A stretch of DNA of 40,199 bases from a virus. Positions 33,222-40,015 of the stretch are shown in pieces; position 1 is the stretch's first letter; the number at the start of each line of letters is the position of its first letter. The DNA is taken from positions 1-40,199 of the IMG/VR virus record IMGVR_UViG_3300045988_042083; one strand, given 5' to 3'. Both the position numbers and the translations under genes were made by a program. Under the pieces are notes generated by a model. It was not told the DNA's origin and made no database searches. It saw nothing but the letters and a program-made list of their open reading frames with translations.

Positions 33222-34315
33222 ACACAAACAGAGGTAAGATGACAGTAGTTGTCGGCGGACAGTACGGCAGCGAGGGTAAGGGTGCGATTGTAAGACACAT
33301 CGCGGACGAATATCAGGTGCATGTTAGGGTTGGTAGCCCTAACGCAGGACACACTATCTACTGGAACGGCGAGAAACACGTCATGCAGTCTATCCCTTGT
33401 GGGTGGATAAACCCCGATGCAAAGATAGTGATTGGTAGAGGTGCGCTGCTCAACATGAAGCAGCTCATGTCCGAACTGGAACACATCGAGAGATACTACC
33501 CCGACTTCAAAAAGCGTCTTTACATAGACGCTAAGGCGGGTATCCTTGACGAGAAATTCCACCAGCAGGAGGGTGGGGTAGACGGCGAAATGCACCGCAG
33601 GATAGGCTCTACTGGTGAGGGTGTGGGTGTTGCCCGTGTTGCCCGTATAAACCGTGACCCGGAGCAGTTCCACATGTTTGAAAGCGTAGCTGACGAATAT
33701 GGGCTGTCCAAGTGCATTACCGACAACACACCCGAATTGCTTGCCAGATGGCAGGGCGATGGTATGAATATACTGATTGAGGGAACACAGGGGTCTGCGC
33801 TTTCTCTGCTCCACAGTTTTTACCCGTACTGCACCAGCATCGACACCAATGCGGCAGGTATCATCTCCGAGGTAGGCATCGCCCCGTCAAGGGTAACTGA
33901 TGTATTGATGGTGGTACGCACATTCCCCATCAGAGTTGCAGGAAATTCTGGACCTATCGCGAATGAAACCACATGGGAAGAAGTGTCAAAGCTGGCGGGA
34001 AGACCTGTCACCGAGAAGACCACTGTTACGCACAAGACCCGCCGTGTGGCTTTCTGGGACGATGCCGTATTCGAAACGGCTTGTCTGCTGAATGAGCCGA
34101 CAGAAATTGCGCTCACATTCGCCGACTACATCGACCCCGACCTTGCTAATATATCTGGAAATGTACCGTCTATCGAAGCACTGCAGAGTTCCAAGCTTTC
34201 TGCTTTCATCGACAGCTGCTCTGCCGAATTAAAGGAAAAGCTTCGGTACATCAGCACAGGCGCAGATTCCGTAATCAACATCAACAAGCCGGAGGCACAG
34301 AACGATGGCGAATAA
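33218..34315 (+). CDS. purZ: PurZ-like N6-succino-2-amino-2'-deoxyadenylate synthase (PurA superfamily, 365 aa).
   Basis: GGQYGSEGKGAIV, GSPNAGHT, GTQGSALSLLHSFYPYCTSIDTNAAG, FPIRVAGNSGP, TTVTHKTRRVAFWD. Confidence 0.8.
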   Translation: MNTNRGKMTVVVGGQYGSEGKGAIVRHIADEYQVHVRVGSPNAGHTIYWNGEKHVMQSIPCGWINPDAKIVIGRGALLNMKQLMSELEHIERYYPDFKKRLYIDAKAGILDEKFHQQEGGVDGEMHRRIGSTGEGVGVARVARINRDPEQFHMFESVADEYGLSKCITDNTPELLARWQGDGMNILIEGTQGSALSLLHSFYPYCTSIDTNAAGIISEVGIAPSRVTDVLMVVRTFPIRVAGNSGPIANETTWEEVSKLAGRPVTEKTTVTHKTRRVAFWDDAVFETACLLNEPTEIALTFADYIDPDLANISGNVPSIEALQSSKLSAFIDSCSAELKEKLRYISTGADSVININKPEAQNDGE

Positions 34316-34745
34316 TGTGAAATATGTTGATTTCGTTCTTGACGAGGGTGCACACCGCCCCGTCAAGCAACACACAGGCGATGCGGGTTGGGATTTGTAC
34401 ACCAGCGAAACCTGCGTTATCGAACCCGGTGAAACCAAAGATGTGCATACAGGCGTGAGAATGCGCATGCCGCCTTGCCTCTTCGCCCGTATCACGGGCA
34501 GGTCATCGAGCCTCCGCAAGCACAACATTCTAGTGAACGAGGGCATTATCGACAACGGCTACACGGGCGAGTTATTTGTCTGCGCTCACAATCTCGGAAA
34601 TCAGCCCATCACTATCGAAAAGGGTATGCGGATTGCACAGGTACTTTTCCACACCATAGAAGATGTGCGTTGGAGCGAGGTTGACGAATTAAAACCCTCC
34701 GCAGATAAGCGTGGGGACGCTGGTTTCGGTAGTACTGGAAAGTGA
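34305..34745 (+). CDS. dut: Trimeric dUTPase.
   Basis: GDAGWDLY, GRSSSL, GIIDNGYTGEL, RGDAGFGSTGK. Confidence 0.9.
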   Translation: MANNVKYVDFVLDEGAHRPVKQHTGDAGWDLYTSETCVIEPGETKDVHTGVRMRMPPCLFARITGRSSSLRKHNILVNEGIIDNGYTGELFVCAHNLGNQPITIEKGMRIAQVLFHTIEDVRWSEVDELKPSADKRGDAGFGSTGK

Positions 34746-34793
34746 CGGCAATCGGGCTTGAGTAAGAGGACTCTGTAAGTAGTTGATAGTGGA

Positions 34794-34826
34794 ACAATAA
34801 CCCGATAATAACCGGACAATAACAGG
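34794..34826 (+). repeat. 3 x 11-nt tandem repeat ending within the RBS of the next gene.
   Basis: ACAATAACCCG ATAATAACCGG ACAATAACAGG, then AGG. Confidence 0.85.
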
Positions 34827-34834
34827 AGGACAAC

Positions 34835-35236
34835 ATGAAGAACTGTAAGGAATGTGACGATTTTATGTGCGGCGGACAGGGTTCAGACAATGTTTCTATG
34901 ACATGTGGAAACACCACGCGTGAATTTAAGGATTTCGGCACTGGTGCAATACGCGAGGATAAGACCGGAAAGGGCAGGTGCGACCTGCTCCCACCGTGCG
35001 CTCTCATTCGCCTTTCTAAGCATTTCGAAAAGGGTGCGACAGACCACGGAGAACGCAACTGGGAAAAAGGCATACCGATGCACAGCTTCTTGGATTCCGC
35101 ACTTCGTCACCTGTTCAGGTATCTTGACGGAATGGACGATGAAGACCACCTTTGCGCAGCCGCTTGGAACATAATATGCGCCATGTGGACAGAAGAAAAG
35201 CACCCCGAAATGCAAGATATCCCCACGCGCAGGTGA
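34835..35236 (+). CDS. mazZ: MazZ-like dATP/dGTP diphosphohydrolase domain protein (133 aa).
   Basis: RCDLLPPCALIRLSKHFEKGATDHGERNWEKG...LDSALRHLFRYLDGMDDEDHLCAAAWNIICAMW. Matches my recollection of the dGTP_diPhyd_N/DUF5664 pattern. Confidence 0.65.
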   Translation: MKNCKECDDFMCGGQGSDNVSMTCGNTTREFKDFGTGAIREDKTGKGRCDLLPPCALIRLSKHFEKGATDHGERNWEKGIPMHSFLDSALRHLFRYLDGMDDEDHLCAAAWNIICAMWTEEKHPEMQDIPTRR

Positions 35237-35240
35237 GCCA

Positions 35241-35546
35241 ATGAGCAACCGCAACAAACGATTGGAATATGATGGGGTAGTGCAACCGATACTGCGCTAC
35301 CTCAATTCTCTGCCGAATACCAAGGCAATCAATATTCACGGGGGCGTTTTCTGTGAGCGAGGAACGCCAGACATCATAGGGTGCATTGATGGGCGTACTA
35401 TACTGCTAGAATGCAAGAGAAGCCCAACGGAAGCGGCAGAAAAAATACAGGAGTGGCGCATGGCGGAGTGGCGCGGTGCAGGTGCAATCGTGGCTAGGGT
35501 TGACGATGTTAGCCAAGTCAAAGAATTGCTTGAGAAGAACAAATAA
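35241..35546 (+). CDS. VRR-NUC-type PD-(D/E)XK nuclease (101 aa).
   Basis: RGTPDIIGCIDGRTILLECKRSP...QEWRMAEWRGAGAIVARV. Confidence 0.65.
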   Translation: MSNRNKRLEYDGVVQPILRYLNSLPNTKAINIHGGVFCERGTPDIIGCIDGRTILLECKRSPTEAAEKIQEWRMAEWRGAGAIVARVDDVSQVKELLEKNK

Positions 35547-35569
35547 GGGTGGGGATTTATCCCCCACCC
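35547..35569. terminator. Bidirectional intrinsic terminator between the convergent plus and minus transcription units.
   Basis: GGGTGGGGAtttaTCCCCCACCC, flanked by AAATAA on one side and TCGTTTATT on the other. Confidence 0.8.
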
Positions 35570-35573
35570 TCGT

Positions 35574-35876
35574 TTATTCGATGTTGTTAACTTTTCGCAT
35601 AACCGCGTTGTATAGCCGTGGATTTGTAGCTTGCAGAGTAGTCATCAGTTCGTCAACCACTGCAAACACCTGTACACTGTCCTTACCCGACACAGCTTGC
35701 AAAAAGTCCGTGTTGCCGCTCACATTAAGCGGTACGGGCTGGACAACGGGTGTGGCGTTTGTGAGATGGTCACGAACAACATAGAGTGGTGCAAGTTTTT
35801 CTATAACTGAATACGTGGTATCGCGTTTTGTTTCCAGCATCAAAATCTCGTCATTTATAGTGTCAAGGTTTAGCAT
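35574..35876 (-). CDS. 100-aa hypothetical protein; last gene of the accessory block.
   Basis: Intact ORF ending 5 nt from the terminator. Confidence 0.55.
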   Translation of the reverse strand: MLNLDTINDEILMLETKRDTTYSVIEKLAPLYVVRDHLTNATPVVQPVPLNVSGNTDFLQAVSGKDSVQVFAVVDELMTTLQATNPRLYNAVMRKVNNIE

Positions 35877-35899
35877 GATGCACCTCCGCTGTCACAGCC

Positions 35900-36469
35900 T
35901 TAGCACATCTTAACCCCGATATGCTTCGCCTTTTTCTTGTATTTTTCATGCATTTCGGGTTGACACAAGTAGATGGCAGATAAGTCGTAGTCTGTTGAAC
36001 TAAGTTCAATCCGCTTACGGCACACCTTTTTCAACTCTTGGTCTACGCATTCCACAAGCTCACCTATTTTGTGCGCCGCAGCTATCTCACCAAGCTCCAT
36101 GAGGTCACAATATGCCTTTTCATAAAGCTTTTTGGTTTCGACTTCCCACTCGTACCAGCGGTTGAAACCGTCACGGATAGCCCTTTTCTTGGTGTTTGCG
36201 TCAACGTCATGGCGCATGTACCCATACCATGATGCGGGCATTACTTCGGGGTTCTTCGCCGTTTCTTCGGGTAAAAGCTTTCCGAAATGGTTTACATAAT
36301 ACCTAACGATGCCCCGGTGTTCGGCAAATTCACACATCGCATGGTACTCATGACAACGCTTGAAGCCGTGCAGATTGAGAAAGTCGTAATACTCCGCAAA
36401 CTGGCTGTGGAGCATAACGCCCTCAATCATGTGGCTGCTTATTTTCGCGAAGATTTCTGCTACTGTCAT
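35900..36469 (-). CDS. 189-aa ferritin-like four-helix-bundle protein; tentative.
   Basis: RBS GGAGGTG. HSQFAEYYDFLNLHGFKRCHEYHAMCEFAEHRGIVRYY resembles ferritin helices A and B. Later segments YEWEVE and ELVECVDQELKK. Confidence 0.5.
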   Translation of the reverse strand: MTVAEIFAKISSHMIEGVMLHSQFAEYYDFLNLHGFKRCHEYHAMCEFAEHRGIVRYYVNHFGKLLPEETAKNPEVMPASWYGYMRHDVDANTKKRAIRDGFNRWYEWEVETKKLYEKAYCDLMELGEIAAAHKIGELVECVDQELKKVCRKRIELSSTDYDLSAIYLCQPEMHEKYKKKAKHIGVKMC

Positions 36470-36629
36470 TGTTCAACACCTCCAGAATTTGTATCAGCAA
36501 GGAAATAATCACGTCATCTTTCGACTTTAAGCTGAGCAGTTTTTCGTTAATCGTCACATTCTCGATGTTAGCTGCTAAGTTAGCCGAGTTGATAGCAAGT
36601 ATTTCCCTGTAATAGGTATTCTCGTCCAT
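36423..36629 (-). CDS. 68-aa hypothetical protein.
   Basis: ATG overlaps the upstream TGA (TGATG). Overlaps the next gene by 47 nt. Confidence 0.4.
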   Translation of the reverse strand: MDENTYYREILAINSANLAANIENVTINEKLLSLKSKDDVIISLLIQILEVLNNDSSRNLRENKQPHD

Positions 36630-37033
36630 CAAATCTTCTCCACTACAATACCCATGTTGGTTATCGCGGAGGGTGCACCGCCAAGAACTACTGTAATCTC
36701 GCTGTTGTTGTCGCAGCACTTGTTTCTGATAAGCGCACGAATATTGAGGTTGACTGTGTTGCCGATAGCGGTGTTAGTAGCTACGGCTGTTGCACCGGGA
36801 ACGGGTGCGCCGTCCTTAAACAAGGTAACGCTTACGCCACCCACTACAGACGGAGCAAGAGAAATGTTAACGCTCACGTTGTAGTAACCCTCACTACAAG
36901 TTGTGATACCATTACCGGAAATATCAAGGTCACGTCCAAAACGTCTGACGATACCGCCCACCGGAATTGTGCCGTTGATAGGCACAGTACCAGCGTTTGT
37001 GTTTACTGTGTAAATTGCGCTTTTGCAACTCAT
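36629..37033 (-). CDS. BclA C-terminal-domain-like (TNF/C1q-like jelly roll) protein with no collagen repeats (134 aa).
   Basis: EGYYNVSVNISLAPSVVGGVSVTLFKDGAPVPGAT...NMGIVVEKI parallels the BclA CTD segment FYKITVIANT..LGGLTIQVNGVPVPGTG...IIIEKV. RBS AAAGGAGA. Confidence 0.65.
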   Translation of the reverse strand: MSCKSAIYTVNTNAGTVPINGTIPVGGIVRRFGRDLDISGNGITTCSEGYYNVSVNISLAPSVVGGVSVTLFKDGAPVPGATAVATNTAIGNTVNLNIRALIRNKCCDNNSEITVVLGGAPSAITNMGIVVEKI

Positions 37034-37059
37034 ACCAATTCTCCTTTCACAATAGAAAA

Positions 37060-37083
37060 GGCGTGGAGCAGACACCCCACGCC
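37060..37083 (-). terminator. Intrinsic terminator (possibly partial) after the 215-aa gene.
   Basis: Minus strand reads GGCGTGGggtgtctgctCCACGCC followed by TTTTCTATT. Confidence 0.65.
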
Positions 37084-37115
37084 CTGTTTAGCCCAGACTT
37101 AAAGTGTCTTAACGA

Positions 37116-37763
37116 TTAGATGTTGCAGCAACCATTCTGGCGACCGCCGCAGAACGGGTTCATACCAGCGTCATAGGCGAAGCTTGTCGGATAGCGAACT
37201 ACACCGCAAAGTGCGCTCTGAAGCTGGAGCTGGTTAATCTGGTTCTGCATGTCTGCCATGCGGTTTCCGCAGATAGCGTCCAGAATTTTCTGGGTCTGCG
37301 CTGTGGTGTTTGCGTTGATTGCCGCGGTAGACTGGGCTATGTTGAAATTAGTTCCATCAATAGCCCTCTGAGTTTCGCAGCAGCACTGCTGGGCATCGAA
37401 CCTGTTCTGGTTGATACCAGCGTTGACAGCCGCGAACCCCTGGCAGAGGTCACGCTGGGTCTGATTTGCCAGCTGTGCGGACTGGTAACCAAGCTGACAG
37501 ATGGCGTTGTCGGTCTGACGAGCGATAGCTGCCTGACTGTCGTTCAGTCTGCCTACAGCATTCTCCAGATTGTTGAAGTTCATGCTGTTGCAAAGACCAG
37601 CCTCGGTTACAGGCTCACCGTTACAACCACGATTGCCGAAGCCGTTACCACCCCAGCCGAAAATCATGGCGAACAGGATAATGAGCACCCACCAAGAATT
37701 ACCCCCGCCGCACATACCGTCATTGGATACCGCAGCGATGTCGGAAAGACTGTAGTTTTCCAT
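37116..37763 (-). CDS. 215-aa N-terminally membrane-anchored, Cys-, Gln- and Asn-rich protein of unknown function.
   Basis: TM segment WWVLIILFAMIFGWGG. About 15 Cys, including QQCCCETQ and a C-terminal CGGRQNGCCNI. Confidence 0.6.
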   Translation of the reverse strand: MENYSLSDIAAVSNDGMCGGGNSWWVLIILFAMIFGWGGNGFGNRGCNGEPVTEAGLCNSMNFNNLENAVGRLNDSQAAIARQTDNAICQLGYQSAQLANQTQRDLCQGFAAVNAGINQNRFDAQQCCCETQRAIDGTNFNIAQSTAAINANTTAQTQKILDAICGNRMADMQNQINQLQLQSALCGVVRYPTSFAYDAGMNPFCGGRQNGCCNI

Positions 37764-37793
37764 AGTGTGGAATCCCCTTTCATAGAATATTTA

Positions 37794-37811
37794 TAACAAT
37801 GCGCATTGTTA
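37794..37811. repeat. Perfect 18-bp palindrome overlapping the stop codon of the 79-aa gene.
   Basis: TAACAATGCGCATTGTTA. Confidence 0.9.
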
Positions 37812-38048
37812 ACGAAGAAACTGTTTGATTGCACTGATGTCCACGTTATAATCTCTTGCAATCTGGTCAGCCGATTTCCCCTTGTTCTGCTCAACAAATT
37901 GAGCGAACTGCGGATTTTCCCTTATCATCTGGTTAAAGATGCCTTGCGGATTTCCACTCCGCAAAGACTTGATTAACTGTAAGATGTTGGTACTGTTTGC
38001 ATTGTTGGCGTTATTTCTCCCCAACATTTGGAGTATCGGGTTTTGCAT
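37809..38048 (-). CDS. 79-aa hypothetical protein.
   Basis: RBS GGAGGG. Overlaps the upstream gene by 38 nt. Confidence 0.55.
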   Translation of the reverse strand: MQNPILQMLGRNNANNANSTNILQLIKSLRSGNPQGIFNQMIRENPQFAQFVEQNKGKSADQIARDYNVDISAIKQFLR

Positions 38049-38370
38049 CTATTATGCCCTCCAATCTTTTAATTCGGTCTTCAAGTGACTTCACATCGAT
38101 AGGCGGTTCTTGCTGGTATGGCGCGATGCTATACGGGGTCACGGTCTTATAACCTGCACCGTCAGATTGTGCAAGCCACACTATTGGTGCAGATTCGTCA
38201 AGTAGCAATACTGAACTATTGGGGGCTAATTGATAAGCCCTCGCACCGTTCTCTCCATTGACTCTAATTATTTCAGAACGCGCGGGTGTTTGGTTATTAA
38301 ACTGTTGGTTGGCGTAAGGGTTAAACCCGTTGTAACCGGGGTACGGATACCCGTTATTGTAATTGTACAT
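38011..38370 (-). CDS. 119-aa protein with an Asn/Tyr/Pro-rich low-complexity N-terminus.
   Basis: MYNYNNGYPYPGYNGFNPYANQQFNNQ..., then a globular part and a short coiled coil. RBS AAGAAAGAGG. Confidence 0.6.
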   Translation of the reverse strand: MYNYNNGYPYPGYNGFNPYANQQFNNQTPARSEIIRVNGENGARAYQLAPNSSVLLLDESAPIVWLAQSDGAGYKTVTPYSIAPYQQEPPIDVKSLEDRIKRLEGIIDAKPDTPNVGEK

Positions 38371-38399
38371 GTTGTCATCGCCTCTTTCTTTCTATTTTT

Positions 38400-38429
38400 A
38401 TTATACCATGAGAGAATAGTCATGCACAA
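38400..38429 (-). promoter_or_regulatory. Promoter of the accessory block: extended -10 TGGTATAAT with a weak -35 (TTGTGC).
   Basis: Minus strand reads cattgtgcatgactattctctcaTGGTATAATaaaaa. Confidence 0.6.
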
Positions 38430-38469
38430 TGAAACAACGGTGCAACTTTCATTCGGGTTTATACAAAGC

Positions 38470-38497
38470 AAGGCAGGGTGTAGGAACACCCTGCCTT
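38470..38497 (-). terminator. Intrinsic terminator ending the late/lysis operon.
   Basis: AAGGCAGGGTG-6 nt-CACCCTGCCTT, followed on the minus strand by GCTTTGTAT. Confidence 0.65.
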
Positions 38498-38521
38498 AAA
38501 TAATTGTTCTACGTGGAACAG

Positions 38522-38731
38522 TTATACATGTTTGTATAACTGCCTCTCACGTCTATACACAATATTCTTAACTTGACGCACCGACATGTCAACTTTCTCT
38601 GCAAGTGCTTCAAAGGTTAACCCATCAAGCAACCGCAGTTTTAAAATGCGCCTGTCACGCTCTGAAAACACCCATTCGTCAATCAATCTCTCCCACTCTG
38701 AGCGGGGCTTTCCATAGTCTTCTATCTTCAT
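38522..38731 (-). CDS. Sigma-70 region-4-like HTH regulator (69 aa).
   Basis: SERDRRILKLRLLDGLTFEALAEKVDMSVRQVKNIVYRRERQL. Confidence 0.65.
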   Translation of the reverse strand: MKIEDYGKPRSEWERLIDEWVFSERDRRILKLRLLDGLTFEALAEKVDMSVRQVKNIVYRRERQLYKHV

Positions 38732-38761
38732 GGTCAGCCTTTCTTTACCTTGCCAAGCCCT

Positions 38762-39082
38762 TTACATGTCGGGCATTGCTTGTACTGTGCATTCGGGCTG
38801 GTTTTCTTCACTCTCGTTTTCGTCTTGGTTACCGTTTGCTTCGCCATAGACTATATCACCGTCATTCCCTATGTAGTTGTTATAACCGTTGTCGTTCTCC
38901 TGTGTGACAGTCGTGGTTTCCACCGTTTCAAACTGACTTTCGTATGCCAGCCAGCCCGCATTAGTAGCGACAAGCAGCAGTATAAGGACAATAACCACAA
39001 CCCACATGCGTTTGAAATTGCGTTCGGCTCTCGCCATCTCGCCCTCATAAACTATGTACGGAATACTTGTTTTGTTGTCCAC
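38762..39082 (-). CDS. 106-aa single-pass membrane protein with an acidic C-terminal tail (lysis-cassette accessory).
   Basis: GTG start after GGAGGTG. IPYIVYEGEMARAERNFKRMWVVVIVLILLLVATNAGW. Confidence 0.55.
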   Translation of the reverse strand: MDNKTSIPYIVYEGEMARAERNFKRMWVVVIVLILLLVATNAGWLAYESQFETVETTTVTQENDNGYNNYIGNDGDIVYGEANGNQDENESEENQPECTVQAMPDM

Positions 39083-39083
39083 G

Positions 39084-39803
39084 CTATTTCACCTCCACCA
39101 CAAATGCATCGAACCCGGCAGCCTTAACTGTCTTGACGTACGCTTCGGCGTTACTTTTGATACCGAAAGCCCCCACCTGTACGCGGTACAAATCACCGGA
39201 TTTAATAACAAGCGTTCCGAAGCCAGCCTCTTTTACCTTTTTCTCGTAGTTGTCGGCGTTCTCTTTACTGGAGAACGCCCCCACCTGCACACGGTACAAC
39301 ACACCTGCTTTGCGGTCAGAAGTGATGCGCTCGTGGAGCACCGCCCAGCGGTCTTCATCGATGTAATAATACGGGCAAAGCTTTCCAGTGAGGTCATAGT
39401 GGCGAACCACGTTATCAGCGGATATCTTGTATTTGTCCATGAGATAACGCACCAACTCCTCCAGAGCGGCAATCGATGCCTCTTCAAATTTACCGGAGGG
39501 TTGTACATAACATACCTCAATGTGGATAGTTCCAGCATTCTTACCACTAGCGGCATAAGCTACCCTGTTGTCTGGTACAATGCGAATAACTTCACCCTTT
39601 AACCCTACAATGTACTGCGTACTTGTCCAGCTTTCCGGCTTGTCCGGAAACATTCCCGCCGCGACATTCGCGTAGAATTGCGCCAGCCTATCCGCGCTTG
39701 CCCCAACATCTCCGGTATAGTGCACACAAATTCTTGTAGGTGTACTTGCTATACCGGGGTAATTATAAGAGTTTACGTCAATAAGCCTGTTTGTTATTTC
39801 CAT
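39084..39803 (-). CDS. Endolysin: N-acetylmuramoyl-L-alanine amidase with two C-terminal SPOR domains.
   Basis: N-terminal amidase_2-like ICVHYTGD...GTIHIEVCY. Two YRVQVGAF(S/G)..NA(D/E)..(E/V)KKVK/KTVKAAGF repeats. Ends in TAG. Confidence 0.85.
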   Translation of the reverse strand: MEITNRLIDVNSYNYPGIASTPTRICVHYTGDVGASADRLAQFYANVAAGMFPDKPESWTSTQYIVGLKGEVIRIVPDNRVAYAASGKNAGTIHIEVCYVQPSGKFEEASIAALEELVRYLMDKYKISADNVVRHYDLTGKLCPYYYIDEDRWAVLHERITSDRKAGVLYRVQVGAFSSKENADNYEKKVKEAGFGTLVIKSGDLYRVQVGAFGIKSNAEAYVKTVKAAGFDAFVVEVK

Positions 39804-40015
39804 TATTCATCGTCCTTTCCGGAAGAGCCGTTGCTATCGGCAAGCCCCTCACCGATGACATAGCCAACCACAGCAGCTCCCGACATGATGCAGCCGGATA
39901 CAGTGTTTGCGGTGTCTTCTGAACCCCCAAAAGCTATAATCAGCCCGGCAATAAAACCAGCCAGAGCTATCCACAGCTTTCTCGATGTTAACTTACGTTT
40001 CCAGTCAAATTTCAC
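39803..40015 (-). CDS. Holin (about 70 aa, two TM helices).
   Basis: KFDWKRKLTSRKLWIALAGFIAGLIIAF...SGCIMSGAAVVGYVIG. GTG 40015 follows GTGAGG. The track's TTG at 40042 is an alternative start. TAATG overlap with the endolysin start. Confidence 0.7.
   Translation of the reverse strand: MKFDWKRKLTSRKLWIALAGFIAGLIIAFGGSEDTANTVSGCIMSGAAVVGYVIGEGLADSNGSSGKDDE

Noticed and set aside
38521-38540. 8-bp inverted repeat GTTATACA-tgtt-TGTATAAC at the stop of the sigma-r4-like gene, considered as a terminator.
   Set aside because: It is AT-rich with no U-tract. A much better GC-rich terminator lies 25 nt downstream (38470-38497). Probably incidental.
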